Assembly: GCA_964016885.1 (NCBI GenBank)
Contig: CAXHJY010000638.1
Span: 1 to 32,104 of the forward strand
DNA from: Eledone cirrhosa
Lineage: Eukaryota
DNA length: 32,104 nt
Direction of reading: 5' to 3'
This document shows, in pieces, positions 1-19,710 of the stretch. The notes beneath the pieces were generated by a model. The model saw only the letters and a program-made list of their open reading frames with translations. It was not told where the DNA came from and did no database searches. Each line of letters opens with the position of its first letter. Positions within the stretch are counted from its first letter, which is position 1. The position numbers and the translations under genes were made by a program.

Positions 1-8132
<8,132 letters not shown>

Positions 8133-8407
8133 AAAGTTATATTTAAATTGTTGGGTTAACAACGAGTAAATATTTATAACTGATATAAAAGCACTCAACA
8201 AGTATTTGGAGTATATTTATGATATTAAATAAATGGAAACTATATTTATAAAACCATATTTATTTCGTTATATATATTTCAGGGATATCATATTAACAAT
8301 ATGTTATGCCGTCTTCAGACAAAATACAATATAAACAGTCTTATAAATAAATAGATACGACATACCATTCAATCCCCTTGCATTTGGGAGGTTGATTTGG
8401 TAAATCA

Positions 8408-8438
<31 letters not shown>

Positions 8439-8535
8439 ATATATATATATATATAATATATATATATAATATATATATATATAATATATATATATATATA
8501 ATATATATATATATATATAATATATATATAATATA
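8408..8535. repeat. Short interrupted (TA)n tract with AA-type interruptions
   Basis: TA tract whose phase shifts are TAAT rather than ATTA, the opposite polarity to 1-8130. Confidence 0.9.
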
Positions 8536-8540
8536 GCGAT

Positions 8541-9079
8541 CCCGAGGCCAAAGTTAGTTACGTTCCTAGAGTACTCGGAAAAATTAATTTCCATTTCTTT
8601 CGCTAGACGATACGACTCGAGACTGGCTTACTCATGGTGGTGTGTGTGCTGGCTGGGACTCCCAATCGAAATCTTTACTCTATATCCCATCCTAATATCT
8701 TATCGAGTTAAAGAATTTTTTCATATAAGACTCTCTCCGTAAGTTCATTAAATAATTAAATCTCGCTAGCTCTATTTTTCAATTTACCATTTTGCAATTT
8801 ACCATTTTGCAATTTAATATTTTTAATTTAATTTAATTTCATCCTATAACTCGCAACATAAGTTTAACGTTCCAATCTTCGGTTCACACATTAGACCATA
8901 CAGACACCCATTATAGATTCTTTGGGTAGCATTTTTTCGCGGCATTTTCTAACATGAATGTAGTTTGACCTTTACAATACATTTCTTTCTCCCTTTCTTT
9001 CTTTCTTCCCCTTCTTCTTTGACGGAGTGGAGGTAGCGCATTGTAAGTCTTCGGCCCCTCACCAGCTATTCATTGGTAG
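8541..9079 (+). mobile_element. Unclassified interspersed repeat, copy 1 (inverted relative to 24837-25463)
   Basis: Colinear reverse-complement matches to 24837-25440, e.g. tacgttcctagagtactcggaaaaattaatt, tttcatataagactctctc, aatttaatttcatcctataactcg, gaccatacagacacccattata, cccctcaccag. Confidence 0.85.
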
Positions 9080-9089
9080 TTTTCATACG

Positions 9090-9312
9090 TATATATATAT
9101 ATATATCTCTGTATGTATGTGCTGTATGTATATATATACATACTACTGTAGGTCTGTATACATATATGTATATACGTTTACATACTTTATATATATATAT
9201 ATATATATATGAATATATATATATACATATCTATATAAAGATATATATATATATATATGAATATATATATATATATATATAAAGATATATATATATACAT
9301 ATCTATATAAAG

Positions 9313-9351
<39 letters not shown>

Positions 9352-9402
9352 TCTCTCTCTCTCTATATATATATATATAAGATAAATATATATATATATA
9401 TG

Positions 9403-9449
<47 letters not shown>

Positions 9450-9487
9450 ATATATATAAATATATACAGTATATACACACACACACA

Positions 9488-9531
<44 letters not shown>

Positions 9532-9565
9532 TATATATGTATAAAGATATGTATATATACAGTAT

Positions 9566-9598
<33 letters not shown>

Positions 9599-9618
9599 AA
9601 ATATATATATATTTATAA

Positions 9619-9655
<37 letters not shown>

Positions 9656-9714
9656 TTTATATATATAAAGATAATATATATATGTACATATATATATATA
9701 TATAAATATATATA

Positions 9715-9754
<40 letters not shown>

Positions 9755-9828
9755 TATATATATATGTATATAAAGATATATATATATATATACATATATA
9801 CATATAAATATAAATATATATATATATG

Positions 9829-9892
<64 letters not shown>

Positions 9893-9926
9893 GATATATA
9901 TATATATAAGTGTTTTGAAACGTGTG

Positions 9927-9960
<34 letters not shown>
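9090..9960. repeat. Complex (TA)n/(CA)n microsatellite with recurring motifs
   Basis: TA tracts punctuated by repeated tgcaca, taaagat, tacagtata and (CA)n motifs that recur in similar order at ~9400-9490, 9525-9590 and 9745-9850. Confidence 0.9.
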
Positions 9961-10609
9961 CGTTTCAAAACACTTTGCTACTCACAAGAAATCAATATAT
10001 ATATATAATAACATTTTTGTCTGCATTTCTCTCAGGTTTTAGGGTCAGTTGTCAATAATTATGAAGAATAGAACACGCCAGAACTTTACTGAGAATAAAA
10101 CGATTGCTCAATTGTATTTTTACTAAACACAAGGACAATCGGTAATTTCTGCTTGTCGATCGAATTCGGGTATGTACATATGTCAATATTATTTTAGCAA
10201 ATTTTGTTTCATGAATTAAATAAAATAAATATATATAATAAAAATAATTGCAAAAAAAAAAAAAGAAGAAGAAGAAATAATAAAACCAATCCATAGAAAT
10301 ATTGTAATTTCAAATACATTTAAATTTTTCTTTTGGAAATCTTATATTATTATTTCAGAATATATAATAATATATAATAATGTTTTCCCAGGAAGTCAGC
10401 TCAATTGAGTTCTCTAGCTGTCACATTTACAATAAAGTAGTTAAAAATTATTGAATAATAGATTTTTTTCCCTACTAATTCAAATATACCAAGTATTGTA
10501 ATGTATATGCAAATAAAACTATTTCGAAAGTACTCCATCATAAATTGTGTGTACACATATACCTGCATATGTATGCGAATAGACATAATAGACAATTTGT
10601 GAGTTGGTG

Positions 10610-10893
10610 GGTATGCCTTTAGCTTCGCTATCGTGTGGGTGTAGGATCTATTCGTGGACCAAGCGACGTTATGTTATTGAGAAAAGCAATTTATTTCACG
10701 TTGCTCCAATTCACTTAGCTGTAGAAATGAGTTGACATGTCACTAGTGGTAAGATGTATCACCCTTTGATTTGCCCTTGGATAACATCGCTGTCTTGGGA
10801 CCGAGATTGTTATCCATGGGTGACTGCTAGTCTTCCCGCAGAGGCAAATGTTTTAGGTGCCAAACGACCATGGTTATTCTTGAAGGAAAACAT
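10610..10893 (+). mobile_element. Degenerate tRNA-derived SINE (octopus-type, from memory)
   Basis: Core ttgagaaaagcaatttatttcacgttgctccaattcacttagctg is homologous to the minus-strand SINE core at 16100-16150. The 3' body (cccttggataacatcg...catgggtgactgctagtcttcc) resembles a recalled octopus SINE. The head is decayed and the boundaries are approximate. Confidence 0.75.
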
Positions 10894-11133
10894 CTCCCCC
10901 CCCCCCATATACATATATATATATTCAACCGGCATACGGCCTATGGACGCATCCAAGAAACTTACTGGAAATTTATATATATATATATATATATATGTAC
11001 TAAACAACACAATACAATTATTCTATTTGCCAAAGGTTTCACGATGATAGGCGACCTTCGTGATACCTTAATTAAATAGCTCTGTAGTATACATAGAGCA
11101 TTCTTCCTTTTTTTACCCTTTCTATGGATATAC

Positions 11134-11192
<59 letters not shown>

Positions 11193-11197
<5 letters not shown>

Positions 11198-11308
11198 AAC
11201 GAGTAGGGCCCCGACGGCTGCGCTCAAGCCGTGGTAACGGCTAATTCAGTCCAGAATTAGCCGTCGAAACGGCTTGAGCTCAGCTGTCGGGGTCTTACTA
11301 GTTCCTAT
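11193..11308. mobile_element. 116 bp GC-rich palindromic (hairpin) MITE-like element
   Basis: 55 bp arms ataggaac...ggctaattc / gaattagcc...gttcctat around a 6 nt loop (agtcca). It directly abuts the pure (TA)n tract at 11138-11195. Confidence 0.75.
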
Positions 11309-11385
11309 TACCCACTCTACTACCCTAAGTATTGAGTACTTTGGTGCGTTATTGTCCATCTAGTTCCTTACCACATTTCCTTCGT

Positions 11386-11421
<36 letters not shown>

Positions 11422-11429
11422 CATAAATG

Positions 11430-11462
<33 letters not shown>

Positions 11463-11551
11463 ATTTATATATTTATATATATTTATATATTTATATATAT
11501 TTATATATTTATATATATTTATATATTTATATATATTTATATATTTATATA

Positions 11552-11624
<73 letters not shown>

Positions 11625-11627
11625 ATT

Positions 11628-11687
<60 letters not shown>

Positions 11688-11698
11688 CATATATATAT
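11386..11698. repeat. (TA)n tract with an internal 18 bp periodic variant
   Basis: TTT interruptions alternate at 8 and 10 bp spacing over ~11450-11560, which translates as repeated YLYIFI. Confidence 0.9.
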
Positions 11699-12080
11699 GT
11701 TGTGTGCGTTCGTGTGGGTACACAGCTGTGTCGGAATTAAGTTTAGTTACTATTTCCAAGGTGAGATGTCATGTACAGATGAATAAGTAAATTGAAGCTA
11801 ATCCGCCCACCTTCAGAGGCGTAGACTCTCTATATTTTCACCTAGTTTAAATTCCTACAGAGAGCGGAAGAAGCGCTGACCTGATGAGGGCCAGATCTAG
11901 TGATGTGTTCGCAGTTGTCCCCCACTACTCCTGCTGGAATCCTCTAGATGGCAGTTTCCGTTATCTTTTCTGTATTCATCGCTTGTGGGGGCTTTCCAAA
12001 TGCTTATTCGTAAACAAACCGTATATCATTAGATATACGAAATCCCCCCCACGTACACACGCGCATACATTCACGTACAA

Positions 12081-12131
12081 ACACACACACACACACACAC
12101 ACACATAACACACACACACACACACACACAC
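12081..12131. repeat. (CA)n microsatellite
   Basis: Two (CA)n runs separated by taa. Confidence 0.95.
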
Positions 12132-12286
12132 ATATATGTACTTGTATAAGCTGCTGAGGAAATATCACAAATTGCATGCCCCTAAAGTTCTGGAGGTATG
12201 ATCAAATTTTACCTTGAAACCCTGGGTAGTGCTTTTTTCCCGTGTGCGAATCTAAATAAATAGATAGATAAATAATACACACGTCC

Positions 12287-12324
<38 letters not shown>

Positions 12325-12433
12325 TGAGTAATATTAAATATTACTCAGTTACAAGTATGAATATACCTCGATGTAATATACAGAGTATACAATGTAACGT
12401 ATAATTAAATTGTATTTAATCTTTCAAACATTT

Positions 12434-12486
12434 GATAACTAAAGATGGTTTCATCCTAGCACAAGGTAGGAATCTTCAGATTTAGT
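12434..12486 (-). ncRNA. Degenerate minimal type I hammerhead ribozyme motif, copy A
   Basis: Minus strand reads CTGAAGA-t-tcctacc-ttgt-gctagga-t-GAAA-c-catc-ttt-agttat. The CUGANGA and GAAA boxes are intact around stem II. Stems I and III are mutated. Confidence 0.55.
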
Positions 12487-12553
12487 ACAAGAGTAAAACA
12501 GAACTAGACATCACGAACATCTGGGGCATCCTATATTTGTATTTAACTATTGT

Positions 12554-12606
12554 AATTACTCTGAAAAAACCCCACTTGTGGTAGGATGAAACGGTCGTTA
12601 GTTATT
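12554..12606 (+). ncRNA. Degenerate minimal type I hammerhead ribozyme motif, copy B
   Basis: aattact-CTGAAAA-...ttgt-ggtagga-t-GAAA-C-ggtc-GT-T-agttatt. Stem I and the near-palindromic stem III (acggtcgt) are present. Core G8 is changed to A. Confidence 0.55.
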
Positions 12607-12650
12607 AAATGTTTGAAAGATTAAATACTCTTTGATTATTATTTACATTG

Positions 12651-12682
<32 letters not shown>

Positions 12683-12705
12683 TTATATTTGTATTTAACT
12701 ATTGT

Positions 12706-12757
12706 AATAACTCTGAAAATTCCCACTTTTGCTAGGATGAAACGGACGTTAGTCATT
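12706..12757 (+). ncRNA. Degenerate minimal type I hammerhead ribozyme motif, copy C
   Basis: aataact-CTGAAAA-ttccc...ctaggat-GAAA-C-ggac-GT-T-agtcatt. Core G8 is changed to A. Confidence 0.5.
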
Positions 12758-12799
12758 AAATGTTTGAAAGATTAAATACTGTTTGATTATTATTTGCAT

Positions 12800-12861
<62 letters not shown>

Positions 12862-13415
12862 GTTTCATCATACATCGAGTATATGTTTCTTTTTATTTAA
12901 AACTGCAAAAAGCATATGGGTTGGATAATTCTCAATTCCTGAAAGCTTTGAATGTTTTGTCGGTAAACCTTGACATTTCACGGATCAATGTGAAACACTC
13001 TCAGTAATTAATGTTTCGTGGGCTTTATTTCATCCAGGTGATTACATGTCATCGGGGGCTCCTTGCTGACTTCATAAATAATGCCTATTCTTTCGAACGT
13101 TAACTAAAATCAGCAGGATTTGAATGCAATTATATTCGATTTTAATTTTGCCAATCATGCAATATTGATGAAGGATAAAACAAATATGATCAGTGGACAG
13201 ATACATGCGCAAACGCAAGGACATAGACACACATCCACATACATACAGACTCTTGCACGTTTATTCACATAAAGAGGTGCGAAATCTGCTTTGAGTCGAG
13301 GTTATGCATAGAGATGCATTAAGGGAATTGATTAAAAATGGAATGATACAGAATTTAATAAGAGAAAAAGAGAGACATTTTCAGTAGGGCAGTGAAAGAG
13401 AATAAAAGAGACATT

Positions 13416-13458
13416 TCGAGAGAGAGAGAGAGAGATAGAGATAGAGAGTTACAGAGAG
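13416..13458. repeat. (GA)n/GATA microsatellite in a purine-rich tract
   Basis: gagagagagagagagatagagatagagag. Confidence 0.85.
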
Positions 13459-15519
13459 GGTGTAGTGTAAAAATGAAGCGATTGATAGTGGGAATGTTAA
13501 AGGGGTTACGCAAAAAAAAGCGTTTTATTTTGCAATTAATTTTCTCTGTGTGCGGAAAAAGGAATAGTTGCATGACAGAGAAAAATAGAGAAAGAATGAT
13601 GGCGTATCGTGGAGCCAAAGAATAAAAGAGGTATGAAAGAACTTGCAGCCAAATAGAAAAAGACTATGAGATTTGTTAGTGAAAAGGGGAAGAAAATATG
13701 TTAACATTTGACTGAGAATGTGCACCCCGGGAGAACATTTATTAATAACAGTTAAATAATAATTTATATATAGTAATCTTAAAGGAACCCCATGGGTATA
13801 AAAGAAGCAAGTAATTTCACATCATATGTTTCGTAATGGCAATCAATGGTTTTATATTCAATGTTTATAAAGGTTCATGTGTTGTCATTCTTATGCGATA
13901 CGTTATAACGTGTATGCATTCTAGGTCAATAAAGGTCACTTCAACTGTCAGTCTGATCCGTAAATCATGTAAAGGTTTCTCTCATTTTATCTGTTATCAT
14001 ACTATACAGAGATTGCATTGTATCGTCACACCAAGTACTCAAAACTAATGTGGGTTTTCTTATTGAATAAAATAAAATGAGAAGGAATGAGGCGATGTAA
14101 CTGCTGGCAGAATTTAAAAATAAAAATGAAGCATATGGTAATGTAACATAAATTCCACTATTGAAAACAAAACGACTACCCTTGCATCAATAAAAACATA
14201 CAACAAACAAAGCATGATACAGAGATTAACTAAATCCAAGTTATAATTTATATCACATTATCGGAATCCACACAGCTTGCTGTGACAGTTTGTCTGCAGT
14301 GGTTAATCACATTAAAATTATAATGATGATGATCAGTGTAATGATGTCGATAGAGTGAAACTAGAGGAGAGGGTGAAAAAGAGGAGTATGATGAAGGATA
14401 GTTTTAATGATGAACTGACAAATTATGATTGTGATCATGATTAATGTGACTTAATGCTGCAGGTGTTCACTGATTTATCAGAGACGTGAACAAAGAATTT
14501 CTAGTTTTACATTGGCTATCTTTTTATATATCTAGATTTATATTCCCCAACGAGTTTTTTCACTTCAGACAGAATTGGCTCGTAAATATTATCTCTTTAT
14601 GATGTATATTATGTGTGAAAATATGTAATAAGTTGATCAAAAGAATTTAAAAAAAAACATTGGTTTGATGGGAACGAATGCGATATGATATTCTTTTAAT
14701 TTCATATTTATCAGGATTTCTACCATAAGAACAAAAACGAAATCCCGAAAAAAAAATAATAATGAGAAATGCCTAAAGATATATTTGTATTTACAACATT
14801 TCCTATCAAAAACGCCGTTCAAACAAATTTCTCAATCATATATTGGTGATATCTGTTCACCACAATCATAACCATGATCCTTAATCTTTTAAGTGTTTGG
14901 TTAGAAATTGCTGTTAAGTAATTTCAAACGTCTACAGCAAATTTTGTTTTCCTATCTTCATAAGTCGGAGCAATAAACCATTTTCCATTAATCTTTGAAT
15001 GAATAATTTAAAGAATACATATCTATTCATGTGATAGCACTGTTATATATGCATTAACTTCTGATCAAGAATTTATTTGAGGTGTTAATGCTTATAGCTG
15101 ATATTAGATTTTTATTCGTACACATTTCTCAATGGTTCTTTTAATCAGATTTTCTTATTTCTCTACGAATACGTGATGTTACTGCTGAAATACTTTAATC
15201 TGATACTTTTCTGAAGTGACACACGTGACAAAAGTCTTCTTTCGAAAAGAATTGATGTTATCAATGATTATCTTATTGGTAGAAGGATAACAGTTTTTCT
15301 ATTTTGTTTTCTGTCCCATCTTTCAAGGAATAAAAAAGTAATCCATGCATAAATATTAGCAATGATCTTCGAATATATACATGTGTAGCAATTCCTGGGC
15401 GGGCTTCTGTTGTTTTTGAGTTTAAAATGTATTGGAAGATTCAGCGGAAGGCAGCTTCTATATTAGTTTCTGTGTCTTTCATGAATCTGTAGAAAGGCAT
15501 TGGAGTGCACCAGAAAAAG

Positions 15520-15720
15520 ACACACACACACGCACGCACGCACACGCACACGCACACGCATGCACACGCACACGCACACATACACACACATATATAAATA
15601 TACACATACATATACATATAAATATATTTCTACAATCACATACACAGGTGTATGTGTGTGTGTGTATGTGTATGTGTGTGTGTGTGTCTACATACATATA
15701 GATACATATGTATATATATA
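15520..15720. repeat. Compound (CA)n/(CACACG)n ... (TG)n microsatellite
   Basis: A CA-rich block (15520-15615) is followed by a TG-rich block (15648-15687). Both are alternating purine-pyrimidine. Confidence 0.9.
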
Positions 15721-16024
15721 TGAATATAGACTTCTGGAAATGTAAGGATCCCGTGCTCAGTAAATAATTATAACAACGGTTGATCGCTATAAATAACAGC
15801 TTAAATTATCCGTAGAAACGTATCCAGATTCAATTTGATCGAGCTCAGCGAATTACAAATTATGCCAGACCTACTGATCCCTTCTTCTGCTAAGTGAAAG
15901 AAGACGTTGACTAATGTATTTCTTTTGAGAAGACGATAGAGATCGATTTGGGTGATATCTCACGAAGTCGATTCCAGTGAAGTCTAAGTCTGGTGACTGT
16001 CTTAAGCAAAAAGGCTTGTTAGGC

Positions 16025-16233
16025 CGGTATTCATCCCGGTTTCACGATGTAAAGCGACTGAGAGTGCATGACTTCCCCTGGGTTAAACCCGCAGCGATTT
16101 TCAGCTGAGTGTACTGGAACAATATGAAATTAAGTGTTTTGCTCAATAAAACAACACGCAACCCAGCCCAGGAATCGAAACCACGACATTATGATCGTAA
16201 GTCCAACACCATTACCGTTAGGCCACGCACCTC
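16025..16233 (-). mobile_element. tRNA-derived SINE with recognisable Pol III A and B boxes
   Basis: Minus strand: gaggtgcgTGGCCTAACGGtaatggtgttggacttacgatcataatgtcgtGGTTTCGATTCCtggg, then the core ttgagcaaaacacttaatttcatattgttccagtacactcagctg shared with 10670-10725. The 3' boundary is approximate. Confidence 0.85.
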
Positions 16234-17035
16234 TACTCCAGTTGCAGTGAAAGTGAGCACACTGGATACAAGCCAGGATTGGAACATGCAGTATACGTTT
16301 GGTAGGATGAAATAATAATAATTGAATTTGCGACATTGCGCGAATTACAACATAGTATATTTCCAAAACTTCGGTTATTAAAGTCCAGAATAATCTATAA
16401 AACGCAGATATATAAAGTCTGTATATTTCCTTTGTTAAATCTAAAATTGCGTGCGTCATAATAGCATGTTATGATAGTATGAAAATATATATACCAGAAG
16501 TGCATGAGGGCGTATACTTAATGTTAAGACGGAAAGACAATGCTTTGCGGAATATTCATTGTCACGTAAAGATCAGCTCGATACAAGCAATCGATGAAAA
16601 GCAAAAACGAAAAACATCTGCAAAAGTTTCTGAATGCAAACGTTCATTGGAAATAATTCTATTCATGTTTCTCACAAATTATTAACGAAGAGCCTAAATT
16701 AAACTCATTGTTGATTACAATCTACAAATCGCTAGTCGTATAGAATCAAATAAATCAATGTGTAATATCTAAGAATGAACATTCTATTCTATATTCTGAG
16801 GTTAGAAATAGCATGTTCCTTCATTTTTATGGTGTCTGCAATGTTCATACACCACTGTGAGTCAAGAACAATCGACATGTACAACATCAATACCATTGAT
16901 TTTATTAATCATTACAGCAGTATGAAGATAGCAGAACAGTAACAGCTGAAATCAATACAGATGGCTACAAACTACTTAACGTCCTAAAGTGTTAAAAAGA
17001 TATTCTGAATGGCGTTTGGGAATAAATAATATGGT

Positions 17036-17460
17036 GTGGAATATAAAAGAAAAACTGCAGTGATGTTACACATATATATATATGCCAACATCAACAGATT
17101 AAAAGAGGATATCAGAATATTTTCACGACCATTGCTACAAGCACAGACTCAAACATTATCAACAACACTTCAAAATAAAAGAACAGCATCAAAAAACCAA
17201 AACGTCCGTGTAATGTAAAAGTGAAATCTATTGATATTAAACAAAAGTGAAGGCTACTATGAAATATCATTCACAGCATTAATAATACAATAACCAGCGC
17301 TTAAAAGCCTCTATTGCGGAGTTCATTGATTTGCTATCCACCAGAAGTTAATCAATATATACAAGAACAGCTTTAATTATTTTCAAATGGCAATGGTATT
17401 ATTTTATAAATCTTAATATTTTGAAAAGTGTCTGGAAAGCTGCAAGGAATATTCAAGAAT
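17036..17460 (+). pseudogene. Possible very decayed Penelope-like reverse transcriptase fragment
   Basis: A-rich strand with ordered peptide scraps across frameshifts and stops (TTLQNK..KN..VRV, KSEI, IIHSINNTI, IAEF..YP). These loosely recall the PLE RT series ITLKDHK..CRLINP.KSEIG..ILD.IN..I..FDI.EFYPSI. Matched by eye only. Confidence 0.2.
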
Positions 17461-17684
17461 TAAGATCCAGTCTTTAAGCATGATGAATAAACCGAATATC
17501 GCTCATAGTTTCGTGGCATAAACAACCCAGATATTTAAACATTACCAGCAGTATAACAGAATATTTTCAAATAACTAGTTTTTAAAAGTTTGATCCGATA
17601 AAACAACTTAAGTTTAAAACAAAGTTTGTAGTTATATTTAAACATGGACAGTTAAGTGCTATAGTAAAAATATAAGCGCGATGC

Positions 17685-17715
17685 TGGTGGTGGTGGTGGT
17701 GGTGGGGGGGGGGGG
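17685..17715 (+). repeat. (GGT)n followed by a poly-G run
   Basis: tggtggtggtggtggtggtgggggggggggg; G-quadruplex-capable. Confidence 0.85.
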
Positions 17716-17769
17716 ATTTTCATGAGATGTTGTCATTCTGTCTATCTCATCCGCTCAGGGTGAGGAGAT

Positions 17770-17935
17770 AGTTACGTCCGTTTACGTTCTCAGTTCAAAT
17801 TCCGACGAAGTTAGCTTTGCCTTGCTTCATTACGGGATCGAAAATATAAAATACCAGTAATGCACTGGGGTCGTATTAATCAAATATCCCCTCCTCCCAA
17901 ATATTGTTGAAATTTTGCCTAGATCAGAATCCTTT
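17770..17935 (+). mobile_element. Degenerate SINE, same family as 21836-22020 (Meta-domain-like core)
   Basis: B-box-like agttcaaattccg, then ttcat..acgggatcgaaaatataaaataccagtaatgcactgg. Aligns with 21900-21985. Confidence 0.8.
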
Positions 17936-19534
17936 ATGTCTATCCCGTTGAACGAGAAATAAACAGTTTTCTCATAGTAACGAGTATTGGTGTGGTAATA
18001 TAAAGGACATCGATATAGTTAGCTTAAGTTCAAAGTGTTCCCTTCAAGTATGGTTCCCCCGAATATTCCTATTATTTGCAGTATTGTACGATGAGTCCGT
18101 AGGTTAACATTTCAATAATCTAAATATGTATGTAGAAAGTGCAGAGAGAGGAAAGAGAATGTAAAGCTTAGTGAACAGAGTAGTCTCTGAGAGAATTATC
18201 TACAAGTTTAGGAAGAGCAGTACAATCAAATGATACCCTGCTGTCATTCTAAACGAGACATTTGATTATGTATCTCTCTCTGCGACATGTCAGAAAAATA
18301 GTAAGATTTTTGTGACTTGAAACTAAGCAAATGTAAATCGAAACAGAAACTATACAGATGGACACCTTTAACCTATATCTTTTCTTTTTGCTGTTCTATA
18401 AAATGATCGTAATTATGTTCTTCTGTTATGTTCTGAGTTCAAGATTATAATGAATGTCGGATATGATCCTTCTGTGATCGTCAATGGACTAAGGAAAATT
18501 ACTTCAGTCATTTCATTTCACTATATTCATTCATCGTCTCCTTTTATTATATTTATTCTATTCCAACATTTAGAATCTGTTTTATCCTGTGATCAACAGA
18601 TTTGCGAAGTTTCAAGAACCCTATAAATATATGATGTTGTCAACATTCTTTGGTCTGGTTCAGTAATTAGCGAGGAAAAACAGTTCATAGCGAAACAAAT
18701 TGGTAACGTCTAACAAAGTAATCATATTGAAAACCTCAAACCTTTCCTCAACATAACATAACCATTTTATTTACATCACTTTCCAATGAAATGTATTATA
18801 ATTGAATGCGTTTTTCTCCGGTTGAATCCCAAAATCCCAAATGGTTCTATCAATGTCTTTACTTCTCTCACAATATCTATTAAACTAGGTCAAGTAATAC
18901 TTTGTTTTCGATGTAATAGATGAAGCCTATTCCTCTCCAATGTATTGGCCAAAATCCATTTCAAAAATCAGAATGATTAGAATGGAAACATATTTAGAGC
19001 ACTCCTGTCTGTCAGCATTTTCATTAACGAACACACATATACACACATCCATGCGTGTGTCTGCCTGTGTCCGTGTGTAAGTGTTCTAAAGAGAATCAGA
19101 AAGTGGGAGAACATGCCACACTGAGATTAATGGCTTTATGGTTTGTCAATGGCATGAAAAGAATTCATGTGTCGAAGTTAAGTGTTTCATTATAGTTTCA
19201 CACAATACTGTTTCCACCATAGACACAGGGGCAGAGATTTGTCGGATTCTGCTGTCGATTTCATATGCTCCAGTGCTTCACTGATACAATAATGTATGAA
19301 AACACAGAGCACAGAAAGAAGAGTTTGCCTTGGCGTTCTTTTAACTTACAACACCTGGAACTATATCTATACAGTGCAGAACATTTAATGAGTTAACGAT
19401 TTTGTCAATTCTCAAGCCTTTATAATAGGATATTATGTATCAATTGAATACCAAAATACATTGTTTACTATCCTATAAAAGGTTATAAATATAAATCTAT
19501 TCCTATGAGAATAATTCTTCATGTTGAATGAAAG

Positions 19535-19710
19535 AATGGAGTTCAATCGGTTGCAAGAGTGAGGTTTCCAATTGTTCCACCAAGCTTGTGAAATTAATGT
19601 GCAAGTGCCTGAGCATTCAAGAGAGACTTTTTCTATTAACATAACCCTCAGTGACATTCAGCGAGACACAATCTGTTACGGGGATGGCTATGTGAATTAC
19701 AGGTATAGTC
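19535..19710 (-). mobile_element. 3' body fragment of an octopus-type SINE
   Basis: Minus strand tatacctgtaattca...tgtgtctcgctgaatgtcactgag...tgctcaggcacttgcacattaatttcacaagc resembles a recalled octopus SINE body. There is no second copy in the window to confirm it. Confidence 0.6.

Larger units (their letters stand above)
12387..12802. mobile_element. Penelope-like pseudo-LTR or retrozyme-like remnant: one inverted copy plus two tandem copies of a ~120 bp unit
   Basis: Direct repeats at 12533-12650 and 12685-12802 (period ~152 bp, separated by TA). An inverted copy lies at 12387-12490. All three share taggatgaaac and aaatgtttgaaagattaaatac. A partial tandem plus inverted arrangement is typical of Penelope-like elements. 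Confidence 0.7.

Noticed and set aside
8780-8815. 15 bp tandem duplication (caatttaccattttg)x2
   Set aside because: A local slippage event inside an AT-rich part of the repeat, with no independent significance.
11881-11960. CTGATGA followed by a possible stem (gcc..atctag / ctagatggc) as a hammerhead
   Set aside because: There is no GAAA box after the stem and no stem I or III.
12533-12802. CRISPR-like repeat-spacer array
   Set aside because: Only two long direct repeats separated by TA, in a eukaryotic context with no cas genes.
16165-16233. tRNA gene
   Set aside because: A and B boxes are present, but there is no complete cloverleaf and the sequence continues into a SINE core.
18600-19020. 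LINE endonuclease remnant on the minus strand (WRGIGFI)
   Set aside because: A single short motif, with none of the expected downstream motifs (e.g. YAPT, GDFN) visible.
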